DNA of 64,000 nt, from the NCBI RefSeq assembly GCF_003991155.1, contig NZ_CP031295.1, one strand, 5' to 3'. This DNA comes from Escherichia coli (GTDB lineage: Bacteria > Pseudomonadota > Gammaproteobacteria > Enterobacterales > Enterobacteriaceae). Both the position numbers and the translations under genes were made by a program. Below are positions 11,335 to 22,199 of this stretch, one piece after another. Every line of letters starts with the position of its first letter. The stretch's first letter is position 1. The notes beneath the pieces are model-generated. The model saw nothing but the letters and a program-made list of their open reading frames with translations. It was not told where the DNA came from and ran no database searches.

Positions 11335-11400
11335 TTTCATTAACCACCACGAGGCATCCCTATGTCTAGTCCACATCAGGATAGCCTCTTACCGCGCTTT
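11335..11400 (-). ncRNA. sok: putative Sok/FlmB antisense RNA of the hok/mok module
   Basis: inferred by position: antisense to the mok start/hok leader; exact ends not determined. Confidence 0.35.
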
Positions 11401-11574
11401 GCGCAAGGAGAAGAAGGCCATGAAACTACCACGAAGTTCCCTTGTCTGGTGTGTGTTGATCGTGTGTCTCACACTGTTGATATTCACTTATCTGACACGA
11501 AAATCGCTGTGCGAGATTCGTTACAGAGACGGACACAGGGAGGTGGCGGCTTTCATGGCTTACGAATCCGGTAA
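11362..11574 (+). CDS. mok: Mok (modulation of killing), overlapping reading frame of the hok module
   Basis: 70 aa ORF in a different frame, covering almost all of hok. Confidence 0.7.
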   Translation: MSSPHQDSLLPRFAQGEEGHETTTKFPCLVCVDRVSHTVDIHLSDTKIAVRDSLQRRTQGGGGFHGLRIR

Positions 11575-11578
11575 GTAG
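11420..11578 (+). CDS. hok: Hok/FlmA family type I toxin (52 aa)
   Basis: [52 protein letters not shown]: single transmembrane helix plus conserved C-terminus of Hok; below the ORF-track size cut-off, found by reading the sequence. Confidence 0.85.
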   Translation: MKLPRSSLVWCVLIVCLTLLIFTYLTRKSLCEIRYRDGHREVAAFMAYESGK

Positions 11579-11585
11579 CAACCTG

Positions 11586-11610
11586 GAGGCGGGCGCAGGC
11601 CCGCCTTTTC
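11586..11610 (+). terminator. rho-independent terminator after hok
   Basis: GC hairpin ggcgggcgcaggcccgcc followed by TTTT. Confidence 0.6.
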
Positions 11611-12124
11611 AGGACTGATGCTGGTCTGACTACTGAAGCGCCTTTATAAAGGGGCTGCTGGTTCGCCGGTAGCCCCTTTCTCCTTGCTGATGTTGTACGG
11701 GCATGAACAACCTGACTTCAGGAAGGTCGTTTCCCTTCAGGAACGGGGATGAACGCGCGCCTGCGGCGCCCGTTCTTTTCCCCCGCCTTCTCTGGTTATG
11801 GCCTGTCAGAAATCACATCACCTTCCCTGTGATTATTCTCTTTTTCTTCCTGCTCTGATTCTGACTACTGCAGTGTTGTCCTGTCTGCCGGGCGTACCTT
11901 CGGCTCCCGGCTGCCTGGCGGCATCCGGTCGTCAGGCCCGACTCCGACAGGCAGCTGCTGGCGCACCTGCCAGTCTCCGCCGAACCCGCTGGCGCGGTTT
12001 CGGGCTGTCGCTACGGTCCGATGCGTGAAAACCCCTGGCTTGCAGCGACCGTTCCGGTCGCGCCGCCTCTGTCGCGCCGTGACCTGCGCTCCCGGCATCC
12101 CGGCAAAAGGCGCCGGGATGTAAG

Positions 12125-12478
12125 GCGCAACGCCGTTTCGCAAACCGCGCTTCACGTCGTTGCGGCGGGTCCCTGCCCGTTGTTGTGTCCGGTGCCATTC
12201 ACCAGTTTAAGCCCCTGTCGCCGGGGGCATAGACAGCCACAACCGTCTCCGCCAGTCCAGGGGTGAAATGCACATCCCGCAAAACTTTTTGCCCAGAAGC
12301 AGGCAAAAACTTTTGCGGTCTGCCCCCGGACAGTCGTTTCCGGCCGTGGCAGTGATGCCCCATGCGGCGAAGGTTCTCAAACAGGTGATGGTGAATACCG
12401 GAGGGAACAAAAGGCAGGTCCCCGCAAAACGTCAAAACCGCGGCTCCCGAAACTCAACAGATGATGGGGGCTGAAAAC
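12125..12478 (+). promoter_or_regulatory. Frpo/ssi-like leading-region element, copy 2
   Basis: ~90% identical direct repeat of 8500-8860, directly upstream of the 95-aa ORF; lacks ~20 bp of the distal palindrome arm. Confidence 0.55.
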
Positions 12479-12498
12479 CAGAGAGAGGAGAAAGCAGG

Positions 12499-12786
12499 AT
12501 GAGTACCCGAAATATCCACGTTAACACCGCGTCGTACACGCTTCTTGTTGCCGGGAAGAAAAAAAACACCGGGGAAGAGTGGGACGTCCTGGAATTCAGC
12601 AGCCTGACTGAGCTGAAAAAATATCGCAAAAGCCACCCGGAAAAGATGGCCTTCAGTTATAGCTACGCGCTCAGTCAGGGTGTGGATAAGCAGTTCCGCC
12701 ATATCAACATTGCGGAAGCCGATCACTTCAAACAGTTCCTGCGTCAGATTAAGCGTGCCGGCCTCGATATCCGGGCGATCTGCTGA
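12499..12786 (+). CDS. hypothetical leading-region protein (95 aa)
   Basis: ORF with RBS GGAGAGGAG, directly downstream of the second Frpo-like element; no motif recognised. Confidence 0.5.
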   Translation: MSTRNIHVNTASYTLLVAGKKKNTGEEWDVLEFSSLTELKKYRKSHPEKMAFSYSYALSQGVDKQFRHINIAEADHFKQFLRQIKRAGLDIRAIC

Positions 12787-12903
12787 CCGGATGTGATGAA
12801 TATCCCTCCTGATTGTTGCAATCTTGTTAATGGAGATCGGGGGGATGATATTAAGCGGAAAAATTTTTTATTAAATTTATTCTTTCATAAAGGAGTAGCT
12901 GTT

Positions 12904-13725
12904 ATGCGATTAGCTTCCCGTTTTGGTCGGTATAATTCCATCCGCCGTGAACGTCCTTTAACGGATGATGAATTAATGCAGTTCGTGCCTTCGGTATTTT
13001 CCGGTGATAAACATGAGTCCCGGAGTGAACGTTATACGTATATTCCAACAATCAATATCATCAATAAGTTACGTGATGAAGGTTTCCAGCCATTCTTTGC
13101 CTGTCAGAGTCGGATTCGTGATTTGGGACGTCGCGAATACAGTAAACATATGTTACGTCTTCGCAGGGAAGGGCATATTAACGGACAGGAAGTTCCTGAA
13201 ATTATCCTGCTTAATTCACATGATGGTTCATCCAGTTATCAGATGATCCCCGGAATTTTTCGTTTTGTCTGCACAAATGGCCTGGTGTGCGGAAATAATT
13301 TTGGCGAAATCCGCGTTCCACATAAAGGTGATATTGTCGGGCAGGTTATCGAGGGAGCGTATGAAGTGCTCGGTGTCTTTGATAAGGTCACTGATAATAT
13401 GGAGGCGATGAAAGAAATTCATCTTAACAGTGACGAGCAACATTTATTTGGCAGAGCTGCACTGATGGTCAGGTATGAAGATGAAAATAAAACGCCAGTG
13501 ACACCTGAACAGATAATTACTCCCCGTCGTCGGGAAGACAAACAGAACGATCTCTGGACAACCTGGCAGCGGGTTCAGGAGAATATGATAAAAGGTGGAT
13601 TATCGGGGCGAAGTGCCTCCGGGAAAAATACCAGGACAAGAGCCATTACAGGTATTGATGGTGATATAAGAATCAACAAGGCGTTATGGGTGATTGCCGA
13701 ACAGTTCAGAAAGTGGAAGTCATGA
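12904..13725 (+). CDS. orf273-like leading-region protein
   Basis: 273 aa from MRLASRFGRY... with RBS AAAGGAG; size and position match F orf273; the ORF-track 5' extension rejected for lack of RBS. Confidence 0.7.
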   Translation: MRLASRFGRYNSIRRERPLTDDELMQFVPSVFSGDKHESRSERYTYIPTINIINKLRDEGFQPFFACQSRIRDLGRREYSKHMLRLRREGHINGQEVPEIILLNSHDGSSSYQMIPGIFRFVCTNGLVCGNNFGEIRVPHKGDIVGQVIEGAYEVLGVFDKVTDNMEAMKEIHLNSDEQHLFGRAALMVRYEDENKTPVTPEQIITPRRREDKQNDLWTTWQRVQENMIKGGLSGRSASGKNTRTRAITGIDGDIRINKALWVIAEQFRKWKS

Positions 13726-13778
13726 TAATATAAGTAAAGCCCCGAAAAAATTTTCGGGGCTTTACTTATATTATCATT
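13723..13778. terminator. long palindromic hairpin between convergent orf273 and orf169 (bidirectional terminator)
   Basis: perfect inverted repeat atgataatataagtaaagccccgaaaa / ttttcggggctttacttatattatcat. Confidence 0.6.
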
Positions 13779-14021
13779 TTTCGGCATTGCTGTGTCGTCT
13801 GATATACCTCAATTTCATCAACCGGATTTCCGGTTGTCTGTAAATATTGTGCCCGCGAAAAATGGTCTGGCAGGAGGCTGCACAGTTACCGGGTATATAT
13901 AAGATGGGTTCCCGCTTCGCGGGGCTTCGGCCAGTCAGTATTGTCACTCATATGATATTTTTGTGTGTGGCCTTCCATGCCGCTTTTGCGGCATAACCGG
14001 TATCTGACAATGTCTGTAAGA

Positions 14022-14531
14022 TTAATTGTTCTGCACGCTGTTAATTTCCGGAAGTGATTTCTTCGTGGCCGGAAGTCGGATACCTTTACTGCTTTTTATC
14101 CCAGTATAAATCCGGTAAACATCTGATGCGTAGGCAAGACGTCTCTGGTTCTGGCGTTCGGTTTTCCTGAATCCGGCATTGTATGCACCAACGGCCTCCC
14201 AGGTGACGCCCCATTTTTTAAATGCTATTGCCAGATAATAAGCACCGGTATAAATGTTCATGCAGGGATCTGTTGTCAGATGTTCTGGCTTAATTCCGTA
14301 GCGGGCCAGTTCGTTAAAATGCTGGGAATCTACCTGCATCAGTCCGCTGCCATATCCCGTTACCGGATTAATACCGATGGCATTAACCCGGTAACGGGAT
14401 TCTTGCCATGATATTGCTCTCAGTAAATCAGGATCTATTTTGTAATCCCGGCCTGCAAGATCAAAGCAATCAGTGGCCTGGCAGATCTCATTTATAAACA
14501 TCAGGCAGATGGCTAACATCCATTTTTTCAT
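14022..14531 (-). CDS. lytic transglycosylase (F orf169 / gene X type)
   Basis: 169 aa from [10 protein letters not shown]; signal peptide and Slt-like catalytic region (...[13 protein letters not shown]...GLMQV...); adjacent to oriT as in F. Confidence 0.85.
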   Translation of the reverse strand: MKKWMLAICLMFINEICQATDCFDLAGRDYKIDPDLLRAISWQESRYRVNAIGINPVTGYGSGLMQVDSQHFNELARYGIKPEHLTTDPCMNIYTGAYYLAIAFKKWGVTWEAVGAYNAGFRKTERQNQRRLAYASDVYRIYTGIKSSKGIRLPATKKSLPEINSVQNN

Positions 14532-14589
14532 TTTTCCACCTCTGGTGACTTTATCCGTAAATAATTTAACCCACTCCACAAAAAGGCTC

Positions 14590-14930
14590 AACAGGTTGGT
14601 GGTTCTCACCACCAAAAGCACCACACCCCACGCAAAAACAAGTTTTTGCTGATTTTTCTTTATAAATAGAGAGTTATGACAAATTAGTTCTTCTTGCTCT
14701 CTTTGTGATATTTAAAAAAGCGGTGTTGGCGCAGCTACAACACCGCGCCGACACCGCTTTTTAGGGGTGGTACTGACTATTTTCATAAAAAACATCATCT
14801 TATATTAGGGGTGCTGCTAGCGGCGCGGTGTGTTTTTTTACAGGACGCCCCTGGGGGCGCTGCTAGCGGTGCGTCCCTGTTTGCATTATGAATTTTAGTG
14901 TTTCGAAATTAACTTTATTTTATGTTCAAA
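14590..14930. other. oriT: origin of transfer oriT (F type), nick site and TraY/TraM/IHF binding region
   Basis: F-type nick motif as reverse complement (ggtggttctcaccaccaaaagcaccacaccccacgc), placing nic on the minus strand near 14622/14623; AT-rich repeats up to traM; nick strand and direction agree with the leading region at lower coordinates. Confidence 0.8.
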
Positions 14931-14944
14931 AAAGGTAATCTCTA

Positions 14945-15328
14945 ATGGCTAAGGTGAACCTGTATATCAGCAATGATGCCTATGAAAAAATAAATGCGAT
15001 TATTGAGAAGCGTCGACAGGAAGGGGCAAGGGAAAAAGATGTCAGTTTTTCAGCAACAGCTTCAATGCTTCTTGAACTGGGGCTTCGTGTACATGAGGCT
15101 CAGATGGAGCGTAAAGAGTCTGCATTTAATCAGACTGAGTTTAATAAATTGCTTCTTGAATGCGTTGTAAAAACACAATCATCAGTAGCGAAAATTTTGG
15201 GTATTGAGTCTCTCAGTCCTCATGTCTCCGGAAATCCAAAGTTTGAATATGCCAATATGGTTGAAGATATCAGGGAGAAGGTATCATCTGAGATGGAACG
15301 ATTTTTTCCAAAAAATGATGATGAATAA
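14945..15328 (+). CDS. traM: TraM, relaxosome accessory protein
   Basis: 127 aa, MAKVNLYISNDAYEKINAIIEKRRQEGAREKDVSFSATASMLLELGL..., matches F TraM. Confidence 0.95.
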   Translation: MAKVNLYISNDAYEKINAIIEKRRQEGAREKDVSFSATASMLLELGLRVHEAQMERKESAFNQTEFNKLLLECVVKTQSSVAKILGIESLSPHVSGNPKFEYANMVEDIREKVSSEMERFFPKNDDE

Positions 15329-15436
15329 AAGAAATTTGACTTCGTTCAAATATCAGAGTTTTTATGATTTAAAAAGGTGACAGTACGAAAGATAATTAGT
15401 ATATTAATTACGTGGTTAATGCCACGTTAAAATTTG

Positions 15437-15515
15437 AATTTGAAAATCGCCGATGCAGGGAGTTCTCTCCTCCCTGCATCGACTGTCCATAGAATCCTTT
15501 GTGAGGAGGTTCCTA
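15437..15515 (-). ncRNA. finP: putative FinP antisense RNA
   Basis: inferred by position antisense to the traJ 5' UTR, which has stem-loops (ccgatgcagggag...ctccctgcatcg); ends not determined. Confidence 0.5.
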
Positions 15516-16204
15516 TGTATCCGATGGATCGTATTCAACAAAAACATGCTCGTCAAATAGATCTGCTGGAAAATCTGACGGCAGTTATTCAGGATTATCC
15601 AAATCCAGCCTGTATCAGGGACGAAACTGGAAAATTTATTTTTTGCAATACGCTGTTTCATGAGTCATTTCTTACACAAGATCAAAGTGCTGAAAAATGG
15701 CTTCTGTCGCAGAGAGATTTTTGTGAATTGATCTCTGTCACAGAGATGGAAGCATACAGGAATGAGCATACGCATCTTAATCTTGTAGAGGATGTTTTTA
15801 TTCAGAACAGATTCTGGACAATATCTGTCCAGTCATTTCTTAATGGACACAGAAATATTATTCTGTGGCAATTTTATGATGCTGCTCATGTTCGTCATAA
15901 AGACAGTTATAATCAAAAAACGATTGTCAGTGATGATATCAGAAATATAATCAGAAGAATGAGTGATGATTCTTCTGTATCATCATATGTAAATGATGTC
16001 TTTTACTTATATAGCACCGGAATCAGTCATAATGCTATAGCAAGAATATTAAATATATCCATCTCCACATCAAAGAAACACGCATCTCTGATATGCGACT
16101 ACTTCTCTGTTTCTAATAAAGATGAGTTAATTATCTTACTCTACAATAAAAAGTTTATTTATTATTTATACGAGAAGGCTATGTGTATCATAAATACGCG
16201 TTAA
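15515..16204 (+). CDS. traJ: TraJ, transfer operon activator
   Basis: 229 aa from MYPMDRIQQKH...; ORF-track upstream extension rejected. Confidence 0.9.
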   Translation: MYPMDRIQQKHARQIDLLENLTAVIQDYPNPACIRDETGKFIFCNTLFHESFLTQDQSAEKWLLSQRDFCELISVTEMEAYRNEHTHLNLVEDVFIQNRFWTISVQSFLNGHRNIILWQFYDAAHVRHKDSYNQKTIVSDDIRNIIRRMSDDSSVSSYVNDVFYLYSTGISHNAIARILNISISTSKKHASLICDYFSVSNKDELIILLYNKKFIYYLYEKAMCIINTR

Positions 16205-16302
16205 TAAGGTGTTAATAAAATATAGACTTTCCGTCTATTTACCTTTTCTGATTATTCTGTAAACATAAGTGGTAACCAGAAGATAAACAGCGGGAGGTGT
16301 TA

Positions 16303-16698
16303 TTGAAAAGATTTGGTACACGTTCTGCAACAGGTAAGATGGTAAAACTAAAATTACCTGTAGATGTGGAAAGTCTATTAATTGAGGCAAGTAACAGAAG
16401 CGGAAGAAGTCGATCGTTTGAGGCAGTAATAAGACTTAAAGATCATCTTCACCGCTATCCAAAGTTTAACAGGGCAGGGAATATCTATGGTAAGTCGCTG
16501 GTTAAGTATCTGACAATGCGTCTGGATGATGAAACTAACCAGCTACTTATTGCAGCCAAAAATCGTAGTGGATGGTGTAAAACAGATGAGGCTGCAGACA
16601 GAGTTATTGATCATTTGATCAAGTTTCCTGATTTTTATAACTCGGAGATATTCAGGGAGGCAGATAAAGAGGAAGATATAACATTTAATACACTCTAG
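16303..16698 (+). CDS. traY: TraY, relaxosome accessory protein (ribbon-helix-helix)
   Basis: 131 aa if started at TTG 16303 (MKRFGTRSATGK...), as I recall for F TraY; the ORF track starts at GTG 16297. Confidence 0.85.
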   Translation: MKRFGTRSATGKMVKLKLPVDVESLLIEASNRSGRSRSFEAVIRLKDHLHRYPKFNRAGNIYGKSLVKYLTMRLDDETNQLLIAAKNRSGWCKTDEAADRVIDHLIKFPDFYNSEIFREADKEEDITFNTL

Positions 16699-16730
16699 TT
16701 TTATTCATTTATCCGAAATTGAGGTAACTT

Positions 16731-17099
16731 ATGAATGCTGTTTTAAGTGTTCAGGGTGCTTCTGCGCCCGTCAAAAAGAAGTCGTTTTTTTCTAAATTCA
16801 CTCGTCTGAATATGCTTCGCCTGGCTCGCGCAGTGATCCCGGCTGCTGTTCTGATGATGTTCTTCCCGCAGCTGGCGATGGCCGCCGGCAGCAGTGGTCA
16901 GGACCTGATGGCAAGCGGTAACACCACGGTTAAGGCGACCTTCGGTAAGGACTCCAGTGTTGTTAAATGGGTTGTTCTGGCTGAAGTTCTGGTCGGTGCT
17001 GTCATGTACATGATGACCAAAAACGTCAAGTTCCTGGCCGGTTTTGCCATCATCTCTGTATTTATTGCTGTGGGTATGGCCGTCGTTGGCCTGAAATAA
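16731..17099 (+). CDS. traA: TraA propilin
   Basis: 122 aa with long leader and hydrophobic mature pilin ...[71 protein letters not shown]. Confidence 0.95.
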
Positions 17100-17103
17100 A
17101 ACG

Positions 17104-17415
17104 ATGTCGGGAGACGAGAATAAACTTAAGAAATATCGTTTCCCGGAAACACTGACCAACCAGAGCCGCTGGTTTGGCCTGCCACTGGATGAACTGATCC
17201 CCGCAGCAATCTGTATTGGCTGGGGTATCACAACATCGAAATATCTGTTCGGTATTGGTGCAGCGGTTCTGGTTTATTTCGGGATTAAAAAACTGAAAAA
17301 AGGGCGGGGCAGTTCCTGGTTACGTGACCTGATTTACTGGTATATGCCAACAGCCCTGCTGCGCGGTATTTTTCATAATGTTCCCGATTCGTGTTTCCGG
17401 CAGTGGATTAAATAG
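17104..17415 (+). CDS. traL: TraL pilus assembly protein
   Basis: positional and sequence match to F TraL; precise start uncertain. Confidence 0.85.
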
Positions 17416-17436
17416 AACTGATACCAGGATTGTTAT

Positions 17437-18003
17437 ATGGAACACGGTGCCCGTTTAAGTACCAGTCGTGTAATGGCCATCGCCTTTATATTTATGTCAG
17501 TGCTTATTGTTCTCAGCCTCTCTGTTAACGTCATTCAGGGGGTGAATAACTACCGTCTTCAGAATGAGCAACGCACTGCCGTGACGCCAATGGCATTTAA
17601 TGCCCCCTTTGCCGTGTCACAGAACAGTGCCGACGCCTCTTATTTACAGCAGATGGCGCTGTCATTTATTGCCCTCCGTCTGAATGTTTCATCAGAAACC
17701 GTCGATGCCTCACATCAGGCGCTTCTGCAATATATCCGCCCGGGCGCACAGAACCAGATGAAAGTTATTCTGGCTGAAGAAGCGAAGCGTATTAAAAACG
17801 ATAACGTGAACTCAGCCTTTTTCCAGACCAGTGTTCGTGTCTGGCCTCAGTATGGCCGTGTGGAAATTCGAGGTGTGCTTAAAACCTGGATTGGTGATTC
17901 AAAACCTTTCACTGATATCAAACATTACATCCTTATTCTGAAGCGGGAAAACGGGGTGACCTGGCTGGATAATTTCGGGGAAACAGACGATGAGAAAAAA
18001 TAA
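17437..18003 (+). CDS. traE: TraE pilus assembly protein
   Basis: 188 aa, N-terminal membrane anchor; conserved order. Confidence 0.9.
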   Translation: MEHGARLSTSRVMAIAFIFMSVLIVLSLSVNVIQGVNNYRLQNEQRTAVTPMAFNAPFAVSQNSADASYLQQMALSFIALRLNVSSETVDASHQALLQYIRPGAQNQMKVILAEEAKRIKNDNVNSAFFQTSVRVWPQYGRVEIRGVLKTWIGDSKPFTDIKHYILILKRENGVTWLDNFGETDDEKK

Positions 18004-18718
18004 TACGGCAATAATATTCGGCAGCCTGTTTTTTTCCTGCAGCGTGATGGCCGCAAACGGTACGCTGGCCCCCACCGTGGTGCCAATGGTGAACGGTGGT
18101 CAGGCCAGTATTGCCATCAGCAATACCAGCCCGAATCTGTTTACCGTTCCCGGTGACCGGATTATCGCCGTGAACAGTCTGGATGGTGCCCTGACCAATA
18201 ATGAGCAGACCGCCTCCGGCGGTGTGGTGGTTGCCACCGTCAACAAAAAGCCCTTTACGTTCATTCTGGAAACAGAACGTGGTCTGAATCTTTCCATTCA
18301 GGCCGTTCCCCGTGAAGGCGCGGGGCGTACCATTCAGCTGGTCAGTGACCTGCGCGGAACCGGAGAAGAAGCCGGTGCGTGGGAAACGTCCACGCCTTAC
18401 GAATCCCTGCTTGTGACCATCAGCCAGGCCGTCCGTGGCGGAAAATTACCCGCAGGCTGGTATCAGGTCCCAGTGACAAAGGAAACCCTGCAGGCCCCGG
18501 CGGGGCTGTCTTCAGTGGCAGATGCCGTATGGACGGGGAATCACCTGAAGATGGTCCGCTTTGCCGTGGAAAATAAAACGCTGTCTGCCCTGAATATCCG
18601 GGAAAGTGACTTCTGGCAGCCGGGAACCCGTGCCGTGATGTTCAGCCAGCCTGCCAGCCAGTTACTGGCAGGTGCGCGCATGGATGTGTATGTCATCCGT
18701 GACGGGGAGGGCAACTGA
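17990..18718 (+). CDS. traK: TraK pilus assembly protein
   Basis: 242 aa, signal peptide; conserved order. Confidence 0.9.
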   Translation: MRKNNTAIIFGSLFFSCSVMAANGTLAPTVVPMVNGGQASIAISNTSPNLFTVPGDRIIAVNSLDGALTNNEQTASGGVVVATVNKKPFTFILETERGLNLSIQAVPREGAGRTIQLVSDLRGTGEEAGAWETSTPYESLLVTISQAVRGGKLPAGWYQVPVTKETLQAPAGLSSVADAVWTGNHLKMVRFAVENKTLSALNIRESDFWQPGTRAVMFSQPASQLLAGARMDVYVIRDGEGN

Positions 18719-20145
18719 TGGCCAGTATCAATACCATTGTGAAACGCAAGCAGTACCTGTGGCTGGGGATTGTGGTTGTCGGTACAGCCTCCGCGATTGG
18801 TGGGGCACTGTATCTGTCTGATGTGGACATGTCCGGTAACGGTGAAACCGTGGCTGAACAGGAGCCTGTGCCGGATATGACCGGTGTGGTGGATACGACC
18901 TTTGATGACAAGGTGCGTCAGCATGCCACCACCGAGATGCAGGTGACGGCAGCGCAGATGCAGAAGCAGTATGAGGAAATCCGTCGTGAGCTGGATGTTC
19001 TGAACAAACAGCGCGGTGATGACCAGCGTCGTATTGAAAAGTTGGGACAGGACAATGCCGCCCTGGCAGAGCAGGTAAAAGCCCTGGGTGCTAATCCCGT
19101 CACGGCGACCGGTGAGCCTGTACCGCAGATGCCTGCCTCACCGCCCGGCCCGGAAGGCGAACCACAGCCAGGAAACACCCCCGTATCCTTCCCGCCGCAG
19201 GGCAGCGTTGCTGTTCCACCGCCGACGGCGTTTTATCCCGGGAATGGTGTCACGCCACCACCACAGGTGACGTACCAGTCTGTGCCGGTGCCTAACCGGA
19301 TACAGCGTAAGGTGTTTACCCGTAATGAGGGAAAACAGGGACCATCACTGCCGTACATTCCGTCAGGAAGTTTTGCGAAAGCCATGCTGATTGAAGGGGC
19401 GGATGCCAATGCCTCTGTCACCGGTAATGAATCCACGGTGCCGATGCAGCTGCGTATCACCGGCCTGGTGGAAATGCCGAACAGCAAGACGTATGACGCA
19501 ACGGGATGTTTTGTTGGTCTGGAAGCCTGGGGGGATGTGTCCAGTGAGCGTGCCATTGTACGTACCCGCAATATCAGCTGCCTGAAGGACGGCAAAACTA
19601 TTGATATGCCGATTAAGGGGCATGTCAGCTTCCGGGGTAAAAACGGTATCAAGGGCGAAGTGGTGATGCGTAACGGCAAAATCCTCGGCTGGGCATGGGG
19701 CGCGGGATTTGTTGACGGTATCGGTCAGGGAATGGAGCGCGCCTCCCAGCCGGCTGTCGGGCTGGGTGCCACTGCTGCTTACGGGGCCGGCGATGTCCTT
19801 AAAATGGGTATCGGTGGCGGCGCATCGAAAGCCGCACAGACGCTCAGTGACTACTACATCAAACGTGCCGAACAGTATCACCCGGTGATACCGATTGGTG
19901 CGGGCAACGAAGTGACCGTGGTGTTCCAGGACGGCTTCCAGCTGAAAACCGTGGAAGAGATGGCGCTGGAACGCACGCAGAGCAGAGCGGAAGAAGACAA
20001 TCCGGAAAGTCCGGTTCCTGTTCCGCCATCAGCTGAAAGTCATCTTAACGGCTTTAATACTGACCAGATGCTGAAGCAGCTGGGCAACCTGAATCCGCAG
20101 CAGTTTATGTCCGGCAGTCAGGGAGGGGGCAATGATGGCAAATAA
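18718..20145 (+). CDS. traB: TraB T4SS channel protein
   Basis: 475 aa; coiled-coil then Pro-rich region then VirB10-like domain. Confidence 0.9.
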   Translation: MASINTIVKRKQYLWLGIVVVGTASAIGGALYLSDVDMSGNGETVAEQEPVPDMTGVVDTTFDDKVRQHATTEMQVTAAQMQKQYEEIRRELDVLNKQRGDDQRRIEKLGQDNAALAEQVKALGANPVTATGEPVPQMPASPPGPEGEPQPGNTPVSFPPQGSVAVPPPTAFYPGNGVTPPPQVTYQSVPVPNRIQRKVFTRNEGKQGPSLPYIPSGSFAKAMLIEGADANASVTGNESTVPMQLRITGLVEMPNSKTYDATGCFVGLEAWGDVSSERAIVRTRNISCLKDGKTIDMPIKGHVSFRGKNGIKGEVVMRNGKILGWAWGAGFVDGIGQGMERASQPAVGLGATAAYGAGDVLKMGIGGGASKAAQTLSDYYIKRAEQYHPVIPIGAGNEVTVVFQDGFQLKTVEEMALERTQSRAEEDNPESPVPVPPSAESHLNGFNTDQMLKQLGNLNPQQFMSGSQGGGNDGK

Positions 20146-20725
20146 TACGTCGTCCCGTCAGGCGGGCCATGCCGCCCGGTATGTTGTCGCCCGGGTTCTG
20201 CGAGGACTGTTCTGGTGTCTGAAGTACACCGTCATTCTGCCACTGGCCACAATGGCCCTGATGGCTCTGTTTGTTTTATGGAAGGACAACACCACGCCGG
20301 GGAAATTACTGGTTAAGGAGATTAACTTCGTAAGACAAACAGCACCTGCCGGACAGTTCCCGGTCAGTGAATGCTGGTTTTCTTCCTCTGATTCTTCAGG
20401 CAGATCAGAAATACAGGATATCTGCCATTACCGCGCGGCTGATGCTGCAGATTATGTCAGGGAGACTGACCGGTCACTGATGCAACTGGTCACCGCATTA
20501 TGGGCAACACTGGCACTGATGTATGTCTCGCTGGCAGCGATCACCGGGAAATATCCGGTGCGACCCGGAAAAATGAAATGTATCCGGGTGGTAACCGCAG
20601 ATGAACATCTGAAGGAAGTTTATACGGAAGACGCTTCCCTGCCGGGAAAAATCAGGAAATGCCCTGTTTATCTTCCTGATGACAGAACAAACAGAAACAA
20701 CGGAGATAAAAATGAACATGCGTAA
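20132..20725 (+). CDS. traP: TraP
   Basis: 196-197 aa membrane protein in the conserved position after traB. Confidence 0.85.
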   Translation: MMANNTSSRQAGHAARYVVARVLRGLFWCLKYTVILPLATMALMALFVLWKDNTTPGKLLVKEINFVRQTAPAGQFPVSECWFSSSDSSGRSEIQDICHYRAADAADYVRETDRSLMQLVTALWATLALMYVSLAAITGKYPVRPGKMKCIRVVTADEHLKEVYTEDASLPGKIRKCPVYLPDDRTNRNNGDKNEHA

Positions 20726-20909
20726 TATTAATGTTATTACAGCCCTCTCTGTGCCGGGTAAAACCGTGTCAGATGATTTTATGCATGCTGTTCTCAGTAA
20801 CTGCGCCACAAGAATCGTACTTCCTGCACCGGAGAAATTCGGTTCTGAGTCATTGCCGGACAATTTTAATATGACTGCTGTCGGTGTGATGAAGAATTCA
20901 GAAATATAA
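20712..20909 (+). CDS. trbD: TrbD
   Basis: 65 aa from MNMRNINVITALS...; positional assignment. Confidence 0.7.
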   Translation: MNMRNINVITALSVPGKTVSDDFMHAVLSNCATRIVLPAPEKFGSESLPDNFNMTAVGVMKNSEI

Positions 20910-20920
20910 GGAACCCTTCG

Positions 20921-21172
20921 ATGAATAAGCTGGTTTCTGATGGCAGCGTCAAAAAAATAAATTATCCGGTGCTGTATGAGTCCGGAATAACACCTCCGTT
21001 ATGTGAAGTCAGTGCACCAGAACCTGATGCGGGTGGGAAACGCATTGTGGCATATGTTTATAAATCATCACGGAGTACGGTTTTTGAAAATCCTGACATT
21101 GTAAAAACCTGTACGGTCAGGGATTTGAAGAAGGATTTTGTGAACTGCGATGAGAAAGGTGAGGGACAATGA
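20921..21172 (+). CDS. trbG: TrbG
   Basis: 83 aa, positional assignment between trbD and traV. Confidence 0.75.
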   Translation: MNKLVSDGSVKKINYPVLYESGITPPLCEVSAPEPDAGGKRIVAYVYKSSRSTVFENPDIVKTCTVRDLKKDFVNCDEKGEGQ

Positions 21173-21684
21173 AACAGATTTCTTTCTTTATTCCTCTGCT
21201 GGGGACCTTATTACTTTCCGGCTGTGCCGGAACCAGTACGGAATTTGAGTGTAACGCCACCACATCCGATACCTGTATGACGATGGAGCAGGCCAATGAG
21301 AAGGCCAAAAAACTGGAGCAGTCCTCAGAAGCAAAGCCGGTTGCGGCATCACTGCCGCGCCTGGCTGAAGGGAACTTCCGGACAATGCCGGTGCAGACCG
21401 TCACCGCGACCACTCCGTCCGGCAGCAGACCTGCGGTGACAGCACATCCGGAGCAGAAACTGCTGGCACCTCGCCCGCTGTTTACCGCTGCCCGGGAAGT
21501 GAAAACGGTTGTTCCGGTCAGTTCAGTTACGCCGGTAACACCTCCTCGTCCGCTAAGAACGGGTGAGCAGACGGCAGCATTATGGATAGCGCCTTATATT
21601 GATAACCAGGATGTTTATCATCAGCCATCCAGCGTGTTTTTTGTTATTAAACCGTCTGCGTGGGGAAAACCACGTATTAATTAA
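21169..21684 (+). CDS. traV: TraV outer-membrane lipoprotein
   Basis: 171 aa, lipobox LLLSGCAG. Confidence 0.9.
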   Translation: MKQISFFIPLLGTLLLSGCAGTSTEFECNATTSDTCMTMEQANEKAKKLEQSSEAKPVAASLPRLAEGNFRTMPVQTVTATTPSGSRPAVTAHPEQKLLAPRPLFTAAREVKTVVPVSSVTPVTPPRPLRTGEQTAALWIAPYIDNQDVYHQPSSVFFVIKPSAWGKPRIN

Positions 21685-21818
21685 CTGGCCCTGAAGTTGT
21701 ATATCAGCCGGCAATGCCGGCGGGCTTTCTGTATTCAAAATCTGCCTGTAAAACGAGTGCCCTGTGCGTGAAAAGGGATGGGCGGTAGCGTGTCAGAACA
21801 TGTCGGGAGGAATATTCC

Positions 21819-22040
21819 GTGAGTGATGAAGCCGATGAAGCATATTCAGTGACAGAACAACTGACCATGACAGGAATAAACCGGATACGCCAGAAAATAA
21901 ATGCTCATGGTATTCCTGTTTATCTCTGTGAAGCATGCGGAAATCCTATTCCGGAAGCCCGGCGGAAAATATTTCCCGGTGTGACGTTGTGCGTTGAATG
22001 TCAGGCGTATCAGGAAAGACAGAGAAAACATTATGCATAA
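21819..22040 (+). CDS. traR: TraR (DksA/TraR-family zinc-finger protein)
   Basis: 73 aa with CEACGNPIPEARRKIFPGVTLCVECQ four-Cys zinc finger. Confidence 0.9.
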   Translation: MSDEADEAYSVTEQLTMTGINRIRQKINAHGIPVYLCEACGNPIPEARRKIFPGVTLCVECQAYQERQRKHYA

Positions 22041-22199
22041 GTCAGTCGCAGAACATAGTGATTTAATTCCGGATGAACATGAGTGGATATTCAGAAAACA
22101 GAAATCTTTGTATATGCGCCGGGAAATGGCGCGTTAATTACAGGTATTCCCTTCATGGCTACCGCATTTCTCGCTTTATTTTTCAACTAAGGAATTCAT